This document shows, piece by piece, positions 19,985 to 27,833 of a stretch of 64,000 nt of DNA. The DNA comes from Pseudomonadota bacterium. GTDB taxonomy: Bacteria > Pseudomonadota > Alphaproteobacteria > Rhodobacterales > Rhodobacteraceae. The stretch lies in the NCBI GenBank assembly GCA_039030095.1, contig JBCCET010000004.1:16057-80056 (forward strand), given 5' to 3'. Within the stretch, counting starts at the first letter, position 1; every line of letters begins with the position of its first letter. The notes under the pieces are model-generated. The model saw nothing but the letters and a program-made list of their open reading frames with translations, searched no databases and was not told the DNA's origin. Position numbers and translations under genes: made by a program.

Positions 19985-21496
19985 TCACCGCAAATCAACG
20001 TACGTAGACAGGGCAGCTTTTGCACCATCAGAGAAGATCAGCCGCAACCAACGATCAAATGCATCGGCAAAACGGGGTTCTTTTGCCAACTCACCGTAAT
20101 ATTGGGACTGCAGCAGCCATTTTTCCGGCGCGGTCTCAGCTTTTGCCGCCACACGGGATAGGTCAGCCCAGCGAGGATCATTAGGCACGATCGTTGAGCC
20201 GTCTTCACGCGTGCCCAAGCACATGCGTGCCCATAGGGCTTCGGCCAAGGCAAGCCCTTCGACGGACGCGCCGGCTACCAAAGCTTCTTGCACAATAGGC
20301 AACAAAAATTCCGTGTGCCGGGATGAACCGTCAAAGGCCACGCGCCGCACTGTGTCAACGATGGCAGGATTGGCAAACCTGCGTTCAATCAATTCCAGAT
20401 ATTCGCTGGGCGCTGTGTCGGTTACAGGTGCCACAAACGGTAGGATTTCCGTTTCTTCCACTTTGCGAAAGAACGCCCGGATCTGAGGGTCTGACGTGCA
20501 GTCGGAAATGGTTTGGTGCCCCAGAATTTCACCGGCATTTGCAAGGATTTGGTGGCCTGCGTTCAGCACCCGAATTTTCATAATCTCGAAGCTGTGCACA
20601 TCACGGGTCAACGTCACGCCGACCTTTTCCAACGGGGGACGCCCGGCGCAGAAGCGATCTTCCAGCACCCATTGGCGGAAGTTTTCGTGGGTCACCGGGG
20701 CCGTGTCGTCGATCCCGAAGTCCCGCACAAAAGCCAATTCGCGGGGGCCCGTTGCGGGAACGATGCAATCAACCATCGCATTGGGAAATGTGACCTCTGC
20801 GGCGATCCAATCGGCCAGGTCAGGGTCACTTAGTTGCGCAAGCCCCACCACAGTGTCGCGGGTAATATCCCCGTTGCCACGCAGGTTATCGCAGCTCATC
20901 ACGGTGAAAGGTCCGTTGCCCGCGCTACGCCGTTTACGCAACCCGGCAACGACCGCCCCGAAGGCGGTGCGCGGCTTGCCAGGATTTGCGGCATCGTGGA
21001 TGATGTCTGGATGATCCGTATCCAGATGCCCACCGAACGCGGCAGCGTAATATCCGCCTTCGGTCACAGTCAGCGATACGATCCGAATACGTGGGTCTGC
21101 CAGTGCCGCAATCAGCGGCGCATTATCTTTGGCTACCGGCAGAAAATCTATCATGGCGCCGGTCACCTCAGCCGAGATGCCGTCGGGATCCAATTCGATC
21201 AGCGTGGTTAAGCAGTCTTGATCAATCAGACGTTCCCGCATTTTCGCGTCGCTGTCTCGCACCCCGGCACCGATGATTGCCCAATCGGTTGCCAGGCCCT
21301 GTTGCATTAGGCGATGCAGATACCAGGCCTGATGCGCGCGGTGGAAGTTGCCGAGCCCAATGTGGACAATGCCAGGCGACAGGGTTGTCCGGTCGTAGCT
21401 GGGTATTGCAACAACTGCGGGCAGTTCATCCAGCGTCACTTGCCGGAGCGTCACCGGGTCAGATGTCTGGCTAGCTTGCTCCATCAGCTCATCCAT
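19985..21496 (-). CDS. mtlK: mannitol 2-dehydrogenase family (long-chain polyol dehydrogenase)
   Basis: 503-aa ORF. 'IVHIGLGNFHRAHQAWY' is the hallmark of the mannitol dehydrogenase family. An alternative ATG at 21484 would form an ATGA overlap with the upstream gene. Confidence 0.9.
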   Translation of the reverse strand: MDELMEQASQTSDPVTLRQVTLDELPAVVAIPSYDRTTLSPGIVHIGLGNFHRAHQAWYLHRLMQQGLATDWAIIGAGVRDSDAKMRERLIDQDCLTTLIELDPDGISAEVTGAMIDFLPVAKDNAPLIAALADPRIRIVSLTVTEGGYYAAAFGGHLDTDHPDIIHDAANPGKPRTAFGAVVAGLRKRRSAGNGPFTVMSCDNLRGNGDITRDTVVGLAQLSDPDLADWIAAEVTFPNAMVDCIVPATGPRELAFVRDFGIDDTAPVTHENFRQWVLEDRFCAGRPPLEKVGVTLTRDVHSFEIMKIRVLNAGHQILANAGEILGHQTISDCTSDPQIRAFFRKVEETEILPFVAPVTDTAPSEYLELIERRFANPAIVDTVRRVAFDGSSRHTEFLLPIVQEALVAGASVEGLALAEALWARMCLGTREDGSTIVPNDPRWADLSRVAAKAETAPEKWLLQSQYYGELAKEPRFADAFDRWLRLIFSDGAKAALSTYVDLR

Positions 21497-22257
21497 TGAC
21501 CGCCGTCTACGTTGTAGGTTTGGGCGACAACGTATTCCGCCTCTGCGCTGGCCAGAAAGACGGCCATGCCCGTCAGGTCTTCGGCCACCCCCATGCGCCC
21601 ATAAGGCACTGCGGCGGCAACCTCCGCTTTTTTCTGTCCGGGGGCTTTCGCCTCAAACTTTGCAAAGAAGGTGTCAACGCCATCCCAGTGCTCACCGTCT
21701 ACGACACCGGGTGAAATGGCGTTCACGTTGATGCCGTGGGAAATCAGGTTCAACCCGGCGGATTGGGTCAGGCTGATGACCGCCGCTTTGGTCGCACAGT
21801 AAACTGCCACCAACGGTTCACCCCGGCGCCCGGCTTGAGACGCCATATTGATGATCCTGCCCCGAATGCCCCTGTCTATCATGTGCTGGGCCACCGCTTG
21901 CATCGTGAAAAGCGTGCCGTGGACGTTGATATCAAAAGCACGCACCGCATCCGCCCGCGTGATCTCAGTTATCGGGGCGGCGGTGAATATGGCGGCGTTG
22001 TTGATCAAGATGTCTATCTGGCCCAGCGTGTCCACGGTAGTCGCAACAGCTGCATCAATGCTGGCTTGATCGGTGACATCTATTTCCACAGCAATCGCCG
22101 CATCCCCCAGCTCTGCCGCCGTCTTTTGCGCGCCTTCCAGATTGATGTCCGCCACCGCAACGCGGGCGCCTTCGCGCACGTAAGCTGTGGCAAAGGCGGC
22201 GCCTATGCCGCGCGCAGCCCCAGTGATCAGGGCCGTTTTGCCGGCAAGCCGACCCAT
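21484..22257 (-). CDS. smoS: SDR-family sorbitol (L-iditol) dehydrogenase
   Basis: 257-aa ORF with 'KTALITGAARGIGAAFA' (TGxxxGxG) and 'YCATKAAV' (YxxxK). Its position in the locus matches the Rhodobacter sphaeroides smo operon order. Confidence 0.8.
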   Translation of the reverse strand: MGRLAGKTALITGAARGIGAAFATAYVREGARVAVADINLEGAQKTAAELGDAAIAVEIDVTDQASIDAAVATTVDTLGQIDILINNAAIFTAAPITEITRADAVRAFDINVHGTLFTMQAVAQHMIDRGIRGRIINMASQAGRRGEPLVAVYCATKAAVISLTQSAGLNLISHGINVNAISPGVVDGEHWDGVDTFFAKFEAKAPGQKKAEVAAAVPYGRMGVAEDLTGMAVFLASAEAEYVVAQTYNVDGGQWMS

Positions 22258-23258
22258 CAGAGGCGCATTCCAGCCGTGTCAAAACGGTGGATCACGTCAG
22301 CGCGCGGGGTCAGGTGGATCTTGTCACCGTGGTTGAACCGCACGTCCCCCGGCGCGCGGACCGTGATGGTGTCCGCAAGGCCGGTGTTATGCACGTAGAA
22401 AAACGTATCAGACCCCAGGTGTTCAGCCACCCCAACGGTGCCTTCCCAAGTTCCATCCGTCTGGCTGACCTCGATGTGTTCCGGCCGCACACCGATTGTA
22501 TGGGCATCGTGTTTCCCGGCTTCTGGGCCTTCGATCAGGTTCATGGTGGGGGAGCCAATGAAGCTGGCGACAAACTTGTTTTGAGGTTGATGGTACAAAT
22601 CCAGGGGTGACCCGACCTGTTCGATGTTTCCGGCGCGCAGCACCACAATTTTGTTGGCCATGGTCATGGCCTCCACTTGGTCGTGAGTAACATAGATCAT
22701 CGTGGTCTTGAGACGTTCGTGCAGCTCTGAAATTTCCAGACGCATGCCCACCCGCAAGGCGGCGTCCAAATTCGACAACGGCTCATCAAACAAAAAGCCA
22801 GTTGGTTCGCGCACGATCGCACGCCCGATAGCGACGCGTTGGCGTTGGCCGCCGGACAGTTGGCCGGGCTTTTTTTCCAGATAGTCGTTCAGGTTCAGCG
22901 TATTGGCGGCCTGTTCGACCAAAGCATCAATTTCTGATTGGGATTTCTTGGCCATGCGCAGAGGGAAGGCGATATTTTTGCGCACCGACATATGCGGGTA
23001 AAGCGCGTAGGTCTGAAACACCATGGCGAGCCCGCGTTTGGCCGGTGACACCTCGGTCATGTCGTCCCCGTCAATCATCACACGACCGGACGTGGTTTCC
23101 TCCAGCCCAGCGATCAGACGCAAGAGCGTAGATTTCCCGCAACCCGATGGGCCGACAAAAACCGCAAACTCTCCGTCTTCGATCGTCAAATCCAAAGGTG
23201 GAATAACCTGTGTTTCGCCGAACGATTTTGTCACGTTTTCCAGTACGATACGTCCCAT
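22257..23258 (-). CDS. smoK: sugar/polyol ABC transporter ATP-binding protein (MalK/UgpC-type)
   Basis: 333-aa ORF with Walker A 'GPSGCGKST', signature '[14 protein letters not shown]' and Walker B '[11 protein letters not shown]'. Confidence 0.9.
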   Translation of the reverse strand: MGRIVLENVTKSFGETQVIPPLDLTIEDGEFAVFVGPSGCGKSTLLRLIAGLEETTSGRVMIDGDDMTEVSPAKRGLAMVFQTYALYPHMSVRKNIAFPLRMAKKSQSEIDALVEQAANTLNLNDYLEKKPGQLSGGQRQRVAIGRAIVREPTGFLFDEPLSNLDAALRVGMRLEISELHERLKTTMIYVTHDQVEAMTMANKIVVLRAGNIEQVGSPLDLYHQPQNKFVASFIGSPTMNLIEGPEAGKHDAHTIGVRPEHIEVSQTDGTWEGTVGVAEHLGSDTFFYVHNTGLADTITVRAPGDVRFNHGDKIHLTPRADVIHRFDTAGMRL

Positions 23259-23267
23259 AGGGGTCTC

Positions 23268-24101
23268 CTATTTCACCGCGCCGAAGGTCAGGCCTTGGAC
23301 GAGTTGTTTTTGACAAAACCATCCCAGAACCACGATGGGTCCCACGGCGGCAGCGGACACGGCGGACAAGCGGCCAAAGAACAGCCCTTCGGGCGCGCGG
23401 TTGCCCTCGATAAGCTTTGACAGCGTTGCGGCGTCTGTCGTGGTCAGGCGGACGGTCCAATACGCCTCATTCCAGCAGAAGATGAAACACAACAGCGCGG
23501 TGGACGCGATGCCGCCCCAAGCAAGCGGGATGAGGATTTCCCGGATCTCGCCCCAAGTGTTCACCCCGTCCATCTGTCCCGCCTCTATGATCTCTTTCGG
23601 GATTTCCTTGAAATAGGTGAACAACATCCAGACCACGATGGGCAGGTTGATCAGGCACAGCACCAGAATGACCATGAAGTGAGTATCGAACAGTCCGACG
23701 CTTTTGGTGATAAACGTCATGGGGTAAAGCACAGCCGCCGCAGGCAACATCTTGGTCGACAGCATCCACATCAGCACGTCTTTGGTGGCACGGCTTGGGT
23801 TGAACGCCATCGCATATGCGCACGGGATGCCCACAATAAGTGCAAAGATCGTGGCAAAGACGGAGGTGATGACAGAGTTCTGAGCGAACCGCCAATAGTC
23901 GTAGTTTTCCGTCATGTTGACGTAGTTTTCGAGCGTCGGTGTGAAGAAAAAAAGGAACTCCGGTTTCACCGCGTCTGCGTCACTTTTGAAGCTGGTCAGA
24001 ACCATCCAGAAAATCGGAAAGAAGAACAGCAGCCCGACAACCCAGGCCAACGCCGTTCGCCCTGTTCGGCCGTACTTTGACGATTGTGCAACGATAGCCA
24101 T
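23268..24101 (-). CDS. smoG: carbohydrate ABC transporter permease
   Basis: 277-aa multi-TM ORF with an EAA-like loop ('EIIEAGQMDGVNTWGEIREILIPLA'). Confidence 0.9.
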   Translation of the reverse strand: MAIVAQSSKYGRTGRTALAWVVGLLFFFPIFWMVLTSFKSDADAVKPEFLFFFTPTLENYVNMTENYDYWRFAQNSVITSVFATIFALIVGIPCAYAMAFNPSRATKDVLMWMLSTKMLPAAAVLYPMTFITKSVGLFDTHFMVILVLCLINLPIVVWMLFTYFKEIPKEIIEAGQMDGVNTWGEIREILIPLAWGGIASTALLCFIFCWNEAYWTVRLTTTDAATLSKLIEGNRAPEGLFFGRLSAVSAAAVGPIVVLGWFCQKQLVQGLTFGAVK

Positions 24102-24112
24102 TGTCGGATCTC

Positions 24113-25051
24113 CTATTCCATCAGGGTCTTGCCGATCATCCGCAATAGGAAGATCGCAACAATGTTGGCGAGGATGACAGCAAAGATGCCGGTGGCGCTG
24201 GCAGCGCCGATGTTGTTGTTGGCAAATTCGCCGATCAGATAGGGCAGGTTTTTGTTGCCGTTGCCGCGGCTTACGATCTCAATCTCAGCGTAGAGAGACA
24301 GGTGAAAGATCGCCTGGATCATCACCACAATTGCTATGGGCCGCGACAGGTGCGGCAGCGTCAAAAAGCGGAACTGCGACCAGGCCCCGGCGCCGTCTAG
24401 AATGGCTGCTTCTTTCTGTTGTTGGTCCTCAGATTGGAGCGAGGTCATAAAGATCAGCACGGCAAACGGTGTCCATTGCCACGTGACCATGATGATCACC
24501 GCGTAAGCAGATGTCTGTGTCGCGCGGAACGAGATCGGCGACAGGTCCGGCCAGAGCGAAAAGAAACCGCCCACTATCGGCGCAGCGCGCAAAGTGGCAA
24601 TGACGTCATTCAAGCCACTTACGGCTATCCCTTGCAAACCCAGGACCGGGTCAAGGATCATGTTGATCCACAACACCGCGTTCACGGCAGGCATTACAAA
24701 GAAGGGTGAGATCAAAAGAACCCGTACGATACCGCGCCCCGGGAACGCTTTGTTGATGAGCACGGCAATCAGGATGCCAAGAATGACTGTCAAAAACAGG
24801 ATGCTACAAACAATCAGCAGGCTGTTCTGGATCGCAAATAGAAAGTCTTTGTTTTTGAGGACAAACTCGTAATTCCCGAACCCGCGCCAGTTGCTGATTG
24901 ACGGTGTGGTCCATTCCGGGCGGCGCAAATTGTTTAGGACGTAACGGATGAAAGAAAAGTAGAGGGTCATCCCCAGCGGGATCAGCATCCAGATCAAAAG
25001 CAGCAGCACGGCTGGTGATTGAAGCAGGCGAGGTTGCGTTCGTTTTGACAT
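24113..25051 (-). CDS. smoF: carbohydrate ABC transporter permease
   Basis: 312-aa multi-TM ORF with the EAA loop 'EAAILDGAGAWSQFRFLTLPHL'. Confidence 0.9.
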   Translation of the reverse strand: MSKRTQPRLLQSPAVLLLLIWMLIPLGMTLYFSFIRYVLNNLRRPEWTTPSISNWRGFGNYEFVLKNKDFLFAIQNSLLIVCSILFLTVILGILIAVLINKAFPGRGIVRVLLISPFFVMPAVNAVLWINMILDPVLGLQGIAVSGLNDVIATLRAAPIVGGFFSLWPDLSPISFRATQTSAYAVIIMVTWQWTPFAVLIFMTSLQSEDQQQKEAAILDGAGAWSQFRFLTLPHLSRPIAIVVMIQAIFHLSLYAEIEIVSRGNGNKNLPYLIGEFANNNIGAASATGIFAVILANIVAIFLLRMIGKTLME

Positions 25052-25191
25052 AGCTCATCCACCCAATGGAAAGGGATTTCTAACGATTGCTGGGCTCAAC
25101 TTCGTAGTTTGCCAACTGTTGTGACACTACGCACGACCAGATGGCGATTGGAAAGAGCCCGGTCGCGCCGGGCTCTTTCACTTGGCGCGGA

Positions 25192-26481
25192 TTAGTAGCC
25201 GGCCTCTTCCATAATTGCTGCGGCGGCAGCTTGGGATGCGGCCAGTGCCTCATCAACCGTCTTGGCGCCGGACAGCGCTGCGGCCATTTCTTGCGCCACA
25301 GCAGACCCCACTTCCGGGAATTCCGGGATCGCGGCGAACTGTACACCCACGTATGGCTTCAGGTCGGTCGCTTGCGGCGCAGCGGATTCGATTGCCGCCA
25401 ATTCCGCATCAGCAAATGCCGCAGCGGCTTTGAAGTCTGGATTAGCATACGTGGACGTGCGTTGGCCGGTAGGCACGCTGCCCCAACCGAAATCTGGATG
25501 CGCTGCAACTGCCTGAACATATGCCTTGGAGGTGGCCCATTCGATGAACGCTTTCGCTTCTTCGGCATTTTCGGTGCCAGCAGGAACTGCCATTGCCCAA
25601 GCCCAAAGCCAGTTGGCCCCAACCGGGTTTCCGGCATTCGGAGATTGCGCATAAGCAACCCCGTCCACTTCCAGGAAGGAGGCAGCGATCGTGGCGTCGA
25701 TCCACATACCGCATTTGCCTTCGTTGTAGAGTGCCAGGATTTCGTTGAAGGAGTTACCTTCCGACCCTGGAGGGCCATAGTTACCCAGCAGATCAACGTA
25801 GAAGTTGATTGCCGCGCGCCATTCATCGGAATCGATGGTCGGTTTAAAGTCTTTGTCGAACCAAGCACCACCGAAAGAGTTCACCACCGTGGTGATGAAG
25901 GCCATATTGTCGCCCCAACCTGGTTTGCCACGCAAGCATGCGCCGTAAACCCCGTTGTCTGGGTCGTGGATCGCAGCGGCCGCTGCTTTGACGTTGTCCC
26001 AGCTGTCATTGTCCGCGATTGTAACGCCTGCGGCGTCGGTCAGGTCCTTGCGGTACATGACCATCGAGGATTCACCGTAGAAAGGTGCAGCGTACATCGT
26101 ACCGTCGTGGGACAGGCCCGCCCGGATCGCAGGCAGAATGTCATCCATATCGTATTCAGCGCCGAAATTCAGCGGCTCAATCCAGCCTGCTGCACCCCAG
26201 ATGGGTGCTTCCTGCATGCCGATGTTGATGACGTCGTACTGACCACCGCCTGTGGCCGTGTCAGAGGTAACCTGCTCGCGCAGAACACCTTCTTCCAGTG
26301 AAACCCATTTCAGTTTTACGCCGGTTTCTTCGGTGTAGGCTTCCGCAACTTTTTGCATGTTGATCATGTGACCGTTGTTCACGATCGCAATGGTAAGTTC
26401 TTTGGCGTGCCCACCTGCAAAGGTGGCACCCGCAAATAGCGACATTGCCGTCGCCGCACAGAGCGCGCGCTTGAAAGACAT
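25192..26481 (-). CDS. smoE: polyol/sugar ABC transporter substrate-binding protein
   Basis: 429-aa ORF with a signal peptide 'MSFKRALCAATAMSLFAGATFAGG'. Family-1 extracellular solute-binding protein pattern. First gene of the operon. Confidence 0.9.
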   Translation of the reverse strand: MSFKRALCAATAMSLFAGATFAGGHAKELTIAIVNNGHMINMQKVAEAYTEETGVKLKWVSLEEGVLREQVTSDTATGGGQYDVINIGMQEAPIWGAAGWIEPLNFGAEYDMDDILPAIRAGLSHDGTMYAAPFYGESSMVMYRKDLTDAAGVTIADNDSWDNVKAAAAAIHDPDNGVYGACLRGKPGWGDNMAFITTVVNSFGGAWFDKDFKPTIDSDEWRAAINFYVDLLGNYGPPGSEGNSFNEILALYNEGKCGMWIDATIAASFLEVDGVAYAQSPNAGNPVGANWLWAWAMAVPAGTENAEEAKAFIEWATSKAYVQAVAAHPDFGWGSVPTGQRTSTYANPDFKAAAAFADAELAAIESAAPQATDLKPYVGVQFAAIPEFPEVGSAVAQEMAAALSGAKTVDEALAASQAAAAAIMEEAGY

Positions 26482-26529
26482 CCGAATCCTCCCTGGTCTG
26501 GATGATATGCGGCGAAGCTAGTTCAGATA

Positions 26530-26565
26530 TGATCGCGCAGTCAATATTATTTTTACGCGCGATAA
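26530..26565. promoter_or_regulatory. candidate operator pair upstream of smoE
   Basis: TGATCGCGCAGTCA (26530-26543) fits the LacI-family skeleton TG-N4-CG-N4-CA. TTTTACGCGCGATAA (26551-26565) is the reverse complement of a motif repeated at 27660-27675. Confidence 0.35.
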
Positions 26566-26577
26566 CTTTTTACAATG

Positions 26578-27603
26578 CTAGGCAGAAGCTCGCATGACCA
26601 GTTTCCCTTCAAAAAGCTTGATATCGTCGGAGGTTACCTTGTCCTCGATGGCGGCAAACAACGTCTGCATGGCATAGCTCGATATGGCATCATAATTCTG
26701 CGCGATGGTGGTCAAGGGTGGGCAAGTGAAACGCGAAAACGGGTGGTCATCCTGTCCAGCGACGCGAATTTCACAGCCTGCCTTGTGTCCTACGGACAGA
26801 CCCTTTTCGAAACACGCTGCCAGAAACCCGATGGCAAGCCTGTCATTGCTGCACAGCACGGTGCGCGTCTTGAAGCGGTCAGCACCCAGGGCCTGCAACC
26901 CGCCCAGATATCCGATCTCCTCAAACGCCCAACCGTCTCCGGGGACAGAAACAACGTCAGCTTCCTGGCCTAGATCCGCCATCGCATCCAGGTACGCCTG
27001 CCGTCTTCGGTTGGCGTTGGGGTTGGAAGGGTTGGCCATCTCAAAAAAGCTCGGCGGCTCCCCTGAACGGCACAGGTAGTCCACAATCAGCTTTGAAAAT
27101 TGCTGGTTATCGGACCCTACAAACGCGATGCCCAGATCCTGCAGATGGCTGTCGAACAGGACTGTCGGGATGTCCTCGCAGAATTTTTCAATGAAAGACC
27201 GGTCAGACGCGCGGCCAAGTGGTGCTAACAAAACCCCGGCAGGCTTCAGCGACCGGAGGCTGTCGAGTATTTCAACCTCCAGATCCGGCTCACCGTGTGA
27301 ACTGTAAAGCGTTGGGCGATACCCGGCGTCAATGCACCGCTCTTCAATGTTGCGTGCGATCTCCGCAAAAAACGGATCCGCCAGATACGGCACCACGATG
27401 CCCACGTTTTTGGTCAGCTTGCGGTTCTGGTTCATCGCGTAAATGTTGGGTCGATAGTCGTAGGTTTTCAGCGCGGCCTCGATATGCTGCCGGGTCGATT
27501 TTTTGACGCTGTCCGGGTCGTTGAAGAATTTTGAAACAGTGGGCCTCGACAACCCTATGGCCGCCGCAAATTCTTCCATGTTGCGGATTTTTTCGGTTGT
27601 CAT
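26578..27603 (-). CDS. LacI family transcriptional regulator
   Basis: 341-aa ORF with an N-terminal HTH 'IRNMEEFAAAIGLSRPTVSKFFN' and a periplasmic-binding-protein-like effector domain. Confidence 0.9.
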   Translation of the reverse strand: MTTEKIRNMEEFAAAIGLSRPTVSKFFNDPDSVKKSTRQHIEAALKTYDYRPNIYAMNQNRKLTKNVGIVVPYLADPFFAEIARNIEERCIDAGYRPTLYSSHGEPDLEVEILDSLRSLKPAGVLLAPLGRASDRSFIEKFCEDIPTVLFDSHLQDLGIAFVGSDNQQFSKLIVDYLCRSGEPPSFFEMANPSNPNANRRRQAYLDAMADLGQEADVVSVPGDGWAFEEIGYLGGLQALGADRFKTRTVLCSNDRLAIGFLAACFEKGLSVGHKAGCEIRVAGQDDHPFSRFTCPPLTTIAQNYDAISSYAMQTLFAAIEDKVTSDDIKLFEGKLVMRASA

Positions 27604-27659
27604 CTCTCACACGCTCCCGGCGGCATTTCGTTGCGACAAGTTACCCAAAAATTATTTTA

Positions 27660-27675
27660 TTATCGCGCGTCAAAA
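27660..27675. promoter_or_regulatory. candidate operator/promoter element in the lacI / fusion-gene divergent region
   Basis: TTATCGCGCGTCAAAAAT here versus TTATCGCGCGTAAAAAT (reverse complement of 26549-26565). Both copies have the same orientation relative to the downstream gene. Confidence 0.35.
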
Positions 27676-27833
27676 ATCAATCTTTACGTCGTTCAATCCC
27701 AGACCTATTTGGCCGGCCCAAAATCAACCGCCATTTCCCTCGCGGGGACGTCTTGCGACTGGATTCAGTCGTTATCCGCCGTTTTTGCCCAAATACGACC
27801 TATAGGGTCCCCAAAGCGAAAACAGCGATTCAG

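Noticed and set aside
25141-26301. 386-aa plus-strand ORF antisense to the substrate-binding protein gene smoE.
   Set aside because: It has Arg/Gly/Cys-rich junk composition. The opposite strand encodes a full-length, signal-peptide-bearing solute-binding protein in operon context.
27531-27833. N-terminal 100-aa extension of the fusion ORF. Similar upstream extensions occur in track ORFs 13233-14456, 38020-39438, 39877-41055, 40899-41816, 11909-12745, 54955-55485 and 55562-56542.
   Set aside because: The extensions are Arg/Cys/Pro-rich, overlap promoters or neighbouring genes, and precede internal ATGs that have SD sequences or ATGA couplings and give canonical family N-termini.
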